A DNA stretch of 34,018 bases, taken from assembly GCA_008369845.1 (NCBI GenBank), contig MRSU01011332.1, positions 1 through 34,018 on the forward strand. The letters are read 5' to 3'. The notes below the pieces were generated by a model. It worked only from the letters and a program-made list of their open reading frames with translations, searched no databases and had not been told where the DNA came from. How positions within the stretch are numbered: the stretch's first letter is position 1; the number at the start of each line of letters is the position of its first letter. The translations under genes and the position numbers were made by a program. Below, piece by piece: positions 11,935 through 22,104 of the stretch. The stretch comes from Trichomonas gallinae. Lineage: Eukaryota.

Positions 11935-12430
11935 ATCTGAGAAAGATGTTCTAGAGTCAGTATTTAACATTTATTGAGTACACAGTGCAGGATGACAGCA
12001 AATAAAGATATCAGTTTTCACGAAAAACTGTGTTTGTTCACATTCCCAGCTGTCTGGAGCCTCTAATTGATGTCTCCCAGCAGTTGAGAATGTGAGCAAA
12101 CAAATTGGACAAAACTCACTAAGATTTATAAATTGTTCGTCATTTTCTTTGTTTACCAATATTCTGACCTCAATCCACAATACATTGAGGGCAGGATATT
12201 GGTAAACAAATGCATTTATGGTCGAAATCCCGACAAAAGAAAGATTCGCCAGGACTTTGAGCGAATTTCAACGAGGAAATCTTGGCGGTGAAGCCACAGT
12301 GAGAACACAATAGCTCCACCACCCAGATTTCCTCGTTGAGCTTTCTTAGAGCATCTATGTCAGATCTTCTTATGTAAAGTCACTTCGCCTCATTTCCTTA
12401 GTTTCGTGTCATGACACACCGAAATGAGAC
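11935..12430. other. Multi-hairpin inverted-repeat locus A (candidate structured ncRNA or foldback element)
   Basis: Outer stem 11935-11953/12347-12365; long hairpins at 12031-12102, 12148-12210 and 12267-12340; several short stems. Structure is directly visible; function is unknown. Confidence 0.75.
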
Positions 12431-12820
12431 TTTTTAGTTTATGAAGATTATCTCGAAAATAAAAAAATCATTGCAACTTTACATGTCAGAAAATGTTAGA
12501 TTTTACTTTACACGCTACATCCAAAAGTGACAATTGCACTTTTGTTACACACTCTTCCAATAATGTTATTAAATTTTGAGCTCTTATCCATTGATAAAAC
12601 GCAAAATTTCCTCAAGAGACTAGCTGCTACTATTTGGATCACATTGAGTAAAAGCCAGTAAATCAAGATAATAAGCCGAACAAAAAGATGTCAGATTTGC
12701 AAAAAATGTCGAATAATCATTTTACATGCCAGATTAACAACTTTATTTCAAATAATAATTTTACGCGACAGATTTAGAAAAATCAGGTGATTTTAATACT
12801 ATAATTCAATTAAACAGTAT

Positions 12821-15343
12821 TTATTCCTTTTCATACAAATAAACTTGTGAAATCACAAATTTTGCTCTGTAGAAATCTCTTAATATTGATTCTTCGTTGT
12901 ACCATTCGCATATAATGTTATGATGTGCAACTAAAATGCACAGCCATTTGTAGATTTGCCTTGTTTTGATGCCTTCTTCGAGGAATTGGGATAATTTTGT
13001 TGTCCACATAGTTTCAAGGACTTTGTTGGCTTTTAAAGGGTTAACTGCTCCCAAAACTGAAACATTCTGTAACTTTTTGAATGCAGCAAGGAAAGAAGAG
13101 GTTAATTCATTTTCTTGTAATTTTCCGGCGACTTCTGCAATGCAATCGAACGGATCCATTGGGGAATATTGCTGTAGGAAGTTCTTCTTCTGCATAATTC
13201 CAGTAGTGAAGATGTATTCTGCATTTTTAGCAGGATTGGACTTGAAATCATCCATATCTAAATACGAGAAAATCGGTGTATCAACGAATCTCGTCTTATC
13301 ACATGAAGGAATCTCTGACATTATGTTGTGATCAGCGTCAATAATAAACTGCTGCGAATTAATTATAGCATCAACCATTGTCAAAGCTTCTTCAAGTGCT
13401 GTTTCGTTTCTAATCATTGCTGTCCTCTTGTAGTATTTCTCACTCCAGTTATCCATCCTTAATATCGAATTGAAAACGCTGGATAAAACTTTTTCGTTAA
13501 TTAGAATTGCACTCATCGTTATTGCCTGCTTACTTACATCAGAAATGTTTTGTATTTTGACAACAATTAGGTTAAGTTCAGGAGTTTTGAAAGCGAGCTC
13601 TTTAATCGGTTCAATTAATGACGTCTCGTTTAAACCGTTTAAAAATATCGAAGCAATCAAGAAAACAAACTTATAAGCAGCTTGGCTGTCAGATTGTATC
13701 TGTTTTCCAGTTGCAAAGAATTCTTGAGAACAATTTGATAATTCTGTAATAAGAGGACATTGAGGTGCAGTGGCAGAGAAATTGAGTTCGTAATCCATGC
13801 CAAATTTCGAAAAATCGAAGATTTTGGACAAATCAATTGTTTGATCTCCTGTAATTTTACCAATTGCGTCTTTGACAAGTAAATCTGGCGAAGATGCCTT
13901 TATTGGTAAACAGAACTCGAAATTATGCTCCAATTTATCAAAATTAACACATAATTTTGTAATTTCGTCATTAATGTAATTTTGATCATATTTATATGTG
14001 TTTTGGGCAGCTTTCTTCTCAACATTAGTAGGTTTCTGTGTATCTGGTCTTTTCTTTTGAAATGCAGCATATTGATTCATATAATTGTTCAATTGCTGCT
14101 CCATTGAAGGGCTGCTATAACCAGCTTGAATTACTTCTTGCGGAAGCTGATAATGATCTTCTTGCTCAGGTTCAACGTTTGCATTATTAATAATTTGTTT
14201 TTGTTGTTCTTTCTTAGCGGCAGGAATGTTTTTCTTTATTGATATATTTGTTTGGTTGATTACTAACTCTGGTTTCTTTTTCTGAGGCAGATTTTCAGTT
14301 TTTGTTACGTTAATTTGCATTGAGAGTTTAGGAGTTGCTGGTTTATTCTGTATATTATCATTTGTAGTCTCTTGCGGCTTGTTTTCTTTGTGTTGTGGAG
14401 TTTCAATTTTTTCAACAATAATTTCTGGTCTTTTCTTTTCAATAGCAGGCTGTTCTTGTTTTTGAACAGGTTTCTCTTCTGCTGGTTTGGCTTCTGTTGG
14501 TTTTTCTTGTGTTTGATTTTTCTTTTTAATATCAACGTTTGTTTCAACTACAATATTTAACGGAGGCTTAGCTAACGTCTGCTGCATAGGAGCCTCAGCA
14601 GGTTTCTCACTAACAACAGTAGCAACTGCTTTTGGAATTTTTGGTTGTAAATCAGAATCAGGGGTAACTGCTGCAATGTATATAGCTAAAACCCATTTCA
14701 TCATAATACTTGGTGTATTACACAGATATGAATTGGGCTCAAATCTATTATTCATATCTGTTATTGAAAAAATGCACGAGGCAGGCATTGTATTAGTTGC
14801 CTTGGAAACATCTGGGTAAACAAGAGTTGTTTGCGTTAATTTTTCTGTAAACGGCTTATTTTCTGCAATAAAAATTCTTGGAGCCTGAAAATGATGTCTA
14901 CGAGCGACAATTTGTATTGTAGCAACAACCTCATTGGTTGTCTTTGGATCCATGATTTGCTTCATGTTTTCAACAAGCACGAATTTTAACATATCAAGAT
15001 TTTGAAAGAAAAGTCCTGTTTTTGCAAACATTATGTCGAAGAAGTGTCTAAATTCTTTCATATCTTCGTGAGAATTAAATGAAATTGAAATTGGTTGAAA
15101 TACCTTTCCTAATGAGTCGATTTTAATTTGGGATCCGCGCGAATTTGTTGTAGTTCCATTTGTTGCGGTAGGGATAAACACAATATGCGCGATTGCGCCT
15201 TTTTCATAAAAATATAAAAAAGGACCTATTGCATGTATTGATATTTTTGTTGTCTTCCCATTCTTTATTACCTTTTGTACATTTTCCCACTTCTTAGTAA
15301 TATTTAAAACTTCAAATGGACTGGGAATCGCGAAATTTTGCAT
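12821..15343 (-). CDS. Large protein with K/E/Q/P-rich linker and two putative RUN-like domains
   Basis: ATG 15343 is preceded by a TCATT initiator. C-terminal half has two RUN-like segments: ASIFLNGL…LINEKVL…YYKRTAMIRNE and EYIFTTGI…IYKWL…WYNEESILRD. Confidence 0.8.
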   Translation of the reverse strand: MQNFAIPSPFEVLNITKKWENVQKVIKNGKTTKISIHAIGPFLYFYEKGAIAHIVFIPTATNGTTTNSRGSQIKIDSLGKVFQPISISFNSHEDMKEFRHFFDIMFAKTGLFFQNLDMLKFVLVENMKQIMDPKTTNEVVATIQIVARRHHFQAPRIFIAENKPFTEKLTQTTLVYPDVSKATNTMPASCIFSITDMNNRFEPNSYLCNTPSIMMKWVLAIYIAAVTPDSDLQPKIPKAVATVVSEKPAEAPMQQTLAKPPLNIVVETNVDIKKKNQTQEKPTEAKPAEEKPVQKQEQPAIEKKRPEIIVEKIETPQHKENKPQETTNDNIQNKPATPKLSMQINVTKTENLPQKKKPELVINQTNISIKKNIPAAKKEQQKQIINNANVEPEQEDHYQLPQEVIQAGYSSPSMEQQLNNYMNQYAAFQKKRPDTQKPTNVEKKAAQNTYKYDQNYINDEITKLCVNFDKLEHNFEFCLPIKASSPDLLVKDAIGKITGDQTIDLSKIFDFSKFGMDYELNFSATAPQCPLITELSNCSQEFFATGKQIQSDSQAAYKFVFLIASIFLNGLNETSLIEPIKELAFKTPELNLIVVKIQNISDVSKQAITMSAILINEKVLSSVFNSILRMDNWSEKYYKRTAMIRNETALEEALTMVDAIINSQQFIIDADHNIMSEIPSCDKTRFVDTPIFSYLDMDDFKSNPAKNAEYIFTTGIMQKKNFLQQYSPMDPFDCIAEVAGKLQENELTSSFLAAFKKLQNVSVLGAVNPLKANKVLETMWTTKLSQFLEEGIKTRQIYKWLCILVAHHNIICEWYNEESILRDFYRAKFVISQVYLYEKE

Positions 15344-16304
15344 TATATATAGAAAATGACAATCATTGCCATGTAAATCAATTATTTTTGTCAATGTCAG
15401 ATTTTATTCTTGCATTCATATCTAATGTTTAGCATATGATTTGCTGAATTATTTATAATGCTATTGAATTGTATAACAGAAATATTATATGATACTTTGG
15501 GCTAGAAGCTATTATTGCTTTGATATTCGAGATCATATCAAATTGATTTCTATATCATGTTCTTCTAGCTAAATATCTTTATATTTATGGAATTTTCTAA
15601 TATATTTTGTGATTATTTCTATCTACAAAGCGACTTATAAAATTCCAAAAAAATAATATATCAAAATAGCGTAAATATATGAAATGAATAAACTATACTC
15701 ATCTTTTTAAATATAATACAAAGCAACAAATAATATAGAAAAAGATTTGATAAAAATCTCAAAAATAATATTTGAACCATCCTAAAATAACTATATCAAT
15801 ATATTACTATAAACAACATAAGCCAAAATGTTGCTGAACAAAAAGATAAGTTGAAATTATTAAGATTGATATATCAGAAACATGCTATTGAACCCAGTTT
15901 CTGAGGTGAACCATACTTGTAGGAAGCATATTTTGTTTGCAAAAGCGTATCATGCAATTTCTGACCCTGTCATGCAAAGGACAATCGCTTCCATGCTAAT
16001 TATTGAATGGTCAAAATTCACTGGCCATTGGATCCGTCATTGTATCTCGATAACGAACAATTAATTAGGTATCGACTAAGTCAAGTTTTTAAATTTGAAC
16101 AAATTCCATGAAACAAGTCAAAATAATTGAAAATTAAGATTATTTATATTATGCATATATCAATAACATAATTAGTTTTTTATATTCAATTTTTATTTGT
16201 AAAATATATAGGATATATGATGTTAATACCAAAAAACTTGGTTTCTAAAATTTCAAAACAATTTTATCTTTTATGAAAAATTTTTTTAGTTCACATCACT
16301 TTAA

Positions 16305-16751
16305 ATGGCCTGTGACATTGCTATTATTTTCCAAATCTTGGCAATCATTGGTGGCATATTTGCCATCATTGTTGGCGTTTTCTGGTTCATGAACGCTGAT
16401 TTCTTCAGAGGTGTCAACGGATTCTTTAATATTGTTTTCGGATGTTTACTCATTCTCACAGAACTCTGGCGCCCAGCTTTCTTCAGATATTTCGGCTTCC
16501 TTGTTCTTTTCTGGGGCAAGTCCTTCATGTTTGGTATCCTCTTCCTCCGTACATTTATCACACCATTCAAGGGTAATGAGGTCCAGTTTTTCGGTTGGAT
16601 TATCGACATCATTCTTGTTATCACATTCCTCATCTTCGCTATCATCTTCGGCGGTGGGACAATCCCACTCCTCCAGAGATCTACAAATGGTCCAGAAATG
16701 GGAACATCCTCCAACGATCTCTTCAGGTCTAATGTTGCTGATAAGGAATAA
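16305..16751 (+). CDS. COPI-associated / Tvp15-like Golgi membrane protein
   Basis: 148 aa with several TM helices and the motif FG.LLIL.E…RYFGFL…WGK; TCACT initiator 9 nt upstream of the ATG. Confidence 0.8.
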   Translation: MACDIAIIFQILAIIGGIFAIIVGVFWFMNADFFRGVNGFFNIVFGCLLILTELWRPAFFRYFGFLVLFWGKSFMFGILFLRTFITPFKGNEVQFFGWIIDIILVITFLIFAIIFGGGTIPLLQRSTNGPEMGTSSNDLFRSNVADKE

Positions 16752-17220
16752 AAATGCTCATTCTACGACATATTCGCGCTCAAACTTTATTTAAACAATT
16801 GACTCTTTAAATGAATCTTTAAATCTAACACCAATTTTTTAAAATATAACCTATTGCATTTGACATAGTCATGGTCCATGAAACCAAAATTATGTCAATC
16901 GATAACTCTTTTAAGGTAAACGGATTCAGCTACTGAATCAATACTCACATGCTGCCAAACTTCTGCAAAATGAGCCTACTATGCTTTGAAAATCAAAAAT
17001 AATATAGAGCCTTATATATAAATGGCTTTAAATGCAATATTGCAATGCTAACATTGATTTACTTTATGCAAACATAACATTTATTAGTGTCACATTGACC
17101 AATATACATGTTTTTTAAAACCAAAATAATATATTAATCAGTATATTATTAATTTGGTAAATAGAATTTAACAGCAGACCGTAATTAGTTTAATTCCATA
17201 GAAAGACGATTACAATAAAA

Positions 17221-18288
17221 TTAACTCCTAGATATTGTTCGTGGTGGACACCACCATCTATTTTCTTCTTCATATCCAAAAGAATAGCCATCATCGCACA
17301 CGACAGCATTAATGTTATGAAGAACAAAACTTGGATCAATTTTTGGAGGAACTTTCTTACGAATTGGAATGTGAGTTGTCTTTGCACCACGCTGAATGAA
17401 CGGATGCGCAGCAACTTCCTTTAGTGTATACCTCTTAACGGGGTCAACAGTGAGCATATGAAGAATTAAATCCTTGAGCTCAGGGGAGACATCCGGAGGT
17501 ATTTCTAATTGCGTGGATCTGATCATACTTGCAATTTCATATACATTTGCGCCAGTATACGGTAAGCGTAAAAATTTAGTTTGGTAAAGAGAGACTCCGA
17601 GACTCCAGACATCTTCTTTGCAGGGATCTAGTGGCTCTTCGTCGAAATTCTCCTCTTCTATATCATCTTCATTACCAAACACTTCTGGAGCTTGATAAGC
17701 TGGAGTTCCAACAACAGTGTCAGCTGATTGGAATCTGTGGCCAATACCAAAGTCTGATATTTTAACTGTGCCATCTGAAAAGATTAAAACATTTGATGGT
17801 TTGATATCTTGATGTACAATTCCTTGATCGTGCAGAAATTGCAAACCCTGGACAATTTGGTAGAATATGCATGCCAAAACATTCTCATCAAGGATAAAAC
17901 CACGCTCGATCAAATTTTCTACACTTCCGCAGTCGGCCCATTCAAAAACGATGCATGCAATGCCTTCTTCTTTCGCATGTAGAGCTTCCTTCATGTGAAT
18001 AATGTTCTTATGCTTTACCAATTTCATATTCCGAATTTCTCTTTCCAATGTTTGCAAACCGTTTCCTGTCTTTGATAATTCTGATGTTTTGACCATTTTG
18101 AGTGCATAGTATTGGCTAGTTGAAGTATCTTGCGCTAAATATACTTTAGAAAATGCGCCAGAACCAAGCTTACACAAGCAAAGATATTGGTTTATCTTTT
18201 TGATCCTAACTTCGTGCGTGTCTTCGATTGTCACAAGGCGCGGACTGTTAAGGCTCGCTGGAAGTGAGAGCCTCCGCACGTGGCGCAT
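17221..18288 (-). CDS. CAMK-group (LKB1/CAMKK-like) protein kinase
   Basis: INQY…LGSGAFSKV, ALK, HQDIKPSN, DFG, GTPAYQAPE, DVWSLG. Confidence 0.93.
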   Translation of the reverse strand: MRHVRRLSLPASLNSPRLVTIEDTHEVRIKKINQYLCLCKLGSGAFSKVYLAQDTSTSQYYALKMVKTSELSKTGNGLQTLEREIRNMKLVKHKNIIHMKEALHAKEEGIACIVFEWADCGSVENLIERGFILDENVLACIFYQIVQGLQFLHDQGIVHQDIKPSNVLIFSDGTVKISDFGIGHRFQSADTVVGTPAYQAPEVFGNEDDIEEENFDEEPLDPCKEDVWSLGVSLYQTKFLRLPYTGANVYEIASMIRSTQLEIPPDVSPELKDLILHMLTVDPVKRYTLKEVAAHPFIQRGAKTTHIPIRKKVPPKIDPSFVLHNINAVVCDDGYSFGYEEENRWWCPPRTISRS

Positions 18289-19383
18289 TTGAATAGCTAT
18301 TCAAAACATGATCGACGGCCGTCACTTTTGTGTTTGAATGATCAAAGATTTTATCTAAAAATTTTCTTACAGGCGTGACAGCAAAATATTTTACTATTTA
18401 CGATCTTATTACTGCAAATTATGCATGTGAAATCGATTTATTTTTGAATGGAAATCGATTAATTTTGAATTGAAAATAATCGTATAATTTTTAAACTAGT
18501 TATGGGCGTGAGAGCAAAAAATATAAATGGGAATATCTGTTGACAATACTATTTATGTAATTATTATATCTGAAATTTTTGAAATGAAAATAATCGTATG
18601 ATTTTTTATCATTTTTTCATCGTCTTCTCTAATCATAAATTTATAATGTTGATTATAATTTCTGATTTTTGATCCCCGTAAGAAAAACAAATAATTTCAC
18701 TTTTGTTTTATTTAAAATTATCAGTATGTTATCTACTTATATTCGAAATAATACGCTTAAATTTTCACAGTTGCCTGCCAAACAAAATTCCATGAAAAGA
18801 TTTGCTCTCATTTGATTAAAATGAGCCAGCAGACAAGCAGTGCAGGCGATCAATGAATGATTTTATGAAGGTTATCTGTAAATTTAGTAAAATTTAAGCC
18901 AACACAGGTTTATTTAATGAAATAATCAAAGATTTAGATAGAATACAGTCAAATATGATCATTTAAGCACTATAATCCAATAATATTATTATTTTCAGAT
19001 CAGATTTCCCTTCTTTTATGTACTATTCCTTATCAATAGATTCTATATGATATCTATTGTAATATTTGTAAAGCATTTTTAAATATTTAGATATTTATTT
19101 AACATTTCATTCAACATGTTGGCAAATAATTATTCTCTAGTCATCAATTTATAAATTATTAATAGTTTCTTCAGACATACTTGAATTTGAAGTTTTGTTT
19201 ATCAATACTAGTACCAACAAATCAAGAATTTCCATTCTCTCCCCAAGAAGACATTGACAATTAACATTATAATGAAATAAAAATTATTGACAAGAAATCA
19301 TATACTACAGCATTGTACAATTAAAAAAAAAAAACATGCTTGTAGTTATAGAATGCATTCTCCATTTAGCTGATGAGGAGAAT

Positions 19384-19432
19384 TTACATGTCATATACTT
19401 GGTTTACTTGTCATATGCATGATTACATGTCA
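19384..19432 (+). repeat. Three copies of TTACWTGTCA at ~20-bp spacing
   Basis: Copies at 19384, 19404 and 19423. Confidence 0.8.
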
Positions 19433-19796
19433 TAATTTTTTTGTTCAAATGTATTTATTATTCATGTATTAAGGAAACATTTTTCATATAAATTTTGCGT
19501 TGTTTACAAAAGTCGTTTTTTTCAATTTTAATCCTCCTTTTGAATTTATAAAATATTACATAGTATTGATTGTTTGCCGCTCCATTTTTCCAATTTTTCT
19601 ATTCAAAAATTTTTAAGAGTTATTTTATGTTTATTTATTAATGTTCAATTAATAGATAATTCATCAAATACATAGAAAAAATTTTGAAAGAATTTTTGTG
19701 AAAACCAAACAAAATTGATGATTTTTTCGGTTTCAAATTTTACACAGCATTAATATCCATTGGTCATCACATATTAGTCAAAATTTTTCAATAATA

Positions 19797-22020
19797 ATGT
19801 TTTTGTTCTTATTATTGCGTATTATCAGACCCTACCAAAAATCTAAGAAAGGATTCACGGGAACTGACACTATAGAGGAAATAACAAAGTCAACCGTATG
19901 ATATATTAACGAATCTGGCTAGACAAGTAGATCAATCAATTTAGAAGAATATGGGTGGCCAGAGCATTTGAAAACAGCACCAGATTAGTTATTAGAAGCA
20001 GAAATGAGAAAGATTCTTAAAATTTTATACAAAAGCATATGAGAAATTTCCATTAACTGATCTATGAGCACATCCTACAGGTGTCAAACAGTTTGGAGGT
20101 GAAGAAAAAATGGTTGCTGAAGCACAAGATACCAAAGATATCACTGGACTGGTATTTCTGTTACAATAGAAAGGCTTCAAAAATTACATGATGATAATAT
20201 CAATGCTTTGCTTATATTTATCGTCATTGCTATGATAAACCAACATGGAATTTTAGAACAAAAATGTTATAAGTCTACATTTGGCGATTCGGTGAAAATC
20301 TTATTATTCAATTAGAATTTGATACATTCAATGAAGTTATTGACTTTAATATCACAGGTAGCATAAGATCTCCTTACTTCAAATACGGTGTAAACACAGA
20401 TCAAAATTGGGAGAAAGAATTATCGAAATTACCTTCACCTATAATGGTACTTGACACTGGTGCGGCAGTCATAATAATGCCAAGCAAGGATGCACGCCAT
20501 GCTGTGACACTCAATAATGCTATGGCATTGTGGAGAGGTGCCAGCAGAGTTTTGTATTCCGTCAATGAAGTTGAATATCGTCCATGAAAATCTGATGGTC
20601 GTGTTAACTTACCACTGCAGTTCCACCTTGACTTGCTTGTTGATTTGCATGCTGGCGCTCTTACATATGTTAGGAAGAACTATGTTCAAGCATCTTTTTC
20701 ATGGTATGTTGGATTCACAGACTTCGAAAAAGATAGATGGGGAAGCTGGGGTCAGTTCCTTGAATACGGACATCATTTCCAGGAAAACTGGGGCATAGGA
20801 GATTACATTGAGGTAACAAACAATGCGCTGAATCTCATATCATATTCAAAATGTTGGAGATGACTTCAACGAGATCAATTGTCCCTCAAGGAAATTTCTA
20901 TACAATTGGAGGATCGTGGAATTTGAGAACTCATCCATATAATACAATTAGCAATAAAAATCTTTTGACATTCTACGCAAATTTATCTTATCTATTTCGG
21001 TAGTGATCAGTGGAAAGCATATTACACAGAGACACTTCTTTACACGGGGAATTTTTGTTGACTTTGTGTAACAGAAATGTTGGAGCATACTATAAGACAT
21101 TTAGTCAACAAGGCGAGCATCCACATTTCTTAAATTACGAAAGTGATATTGGTGCTAATGTTCTTACGTTAATTAACGATATGCATTCAAGAGAATTGCA
21201 TCCGGTTGCGTTGTTATATCAAACTGGTTATGCATCTAATGATGAAGAAATCGATACAGCAAGTCCATTCAGATTCCACAAATTTATTTTTATCCACATC
21301 CATGACTGCGAGTTTTATATCTCAGAAAATCTTCTAGCACAAGTTTCGGAATACAAATATATAACACTCACAGGTTATGAAGTAACATTTAACAAAAATC
21401 AAAAATGTCCTTATAAGCAATTAGAAGCTTGAAAACGCTACTATTTCAGACTTATTATGGTCAAAACTGGAGGAATTAGAAGAGCTGAAGTCAGATATAT
21501 TAATCCTGACAACGAAGACGTTAAACTAACTACTTCCAAAACACAGTTCGTTGGTCAAATAGCCGAGGATGTCGATAAATATGAATTTGTTCTGCAAATA
21601 GATAACGATCCAATACTTGGCCACTATGCAGACTAAAGAGAACTTAAACACGATATAAGATCACAATAGGTAATCATCAAGCATCTGCTGATGCTGTTAC
21701 ATACAATGTTGATCGCAACAGACAAGTCAAATTCAATAAACTCAGGATTCCAGGTTCCTTTAACCAAGGAGATCTCCGAATTGCTTGTGATGGAACTAAA
21801 ATATACAACTAGAACTTCGATCCATATCCTTTCCCAATATTAGAATTTGATAAACCTCATACTTGCAAGTCTCTCGCACTTACATCTGCTGTGAACCAAA
21901 TCACTTCAATTGAACTAACATTAAAAGTTGCAGGAACAACAGATTCTAAAATAAGGAAACAACTATCATCGATGATCAGTTTGAAGATTTCTTTGTCAAA
22001 GCAATCAATATAAATGAATA
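19797..22020 (+). pseudogene. M60-like (enhancin-like, PF13402-type) zinc metallopeptidase pseudogene
   Basis: Hydrophobic N-terminus MFLFLLLRII, then fragments WGSWGQFLEYGHHFQENWGIGDYIEVTNN (HExxH…EVTNN motif, first His replaced by Leu) and further protein-like fragments broken by many stops and frameshifts. End coordinate is approximate. Confidence 0.8.
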
Positions 22021-22104
22021 ATAATTAAATGTTCAAAAAATGAATTAAATTGCTAATTCAATAAATTTAATATTAAATTTAAAAAGATACAAACAAACAT
22101 TTAT

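Noticed and set aside
11971..12180. 69-aa minus ORF inside locus A
   Set aside because: No true ATG start or recognisable motif; the region is better explained by its inverted repeats.
15991..16000. CCATGCTAAT, reverse complement of the U6 ATTAGCATGG segment
   Set aside because: No ACAGAGA box or U6 internal stem-loop, and no convincing U4 architecture.
16301..16794. Overlapping 137-aa antisense and 127-aa alternative-frame ORFs
   Set aside because: Shadows of a codon-biased membrane-protein gene with no independent motifs; the same applies to other short nested ORFs in the track.
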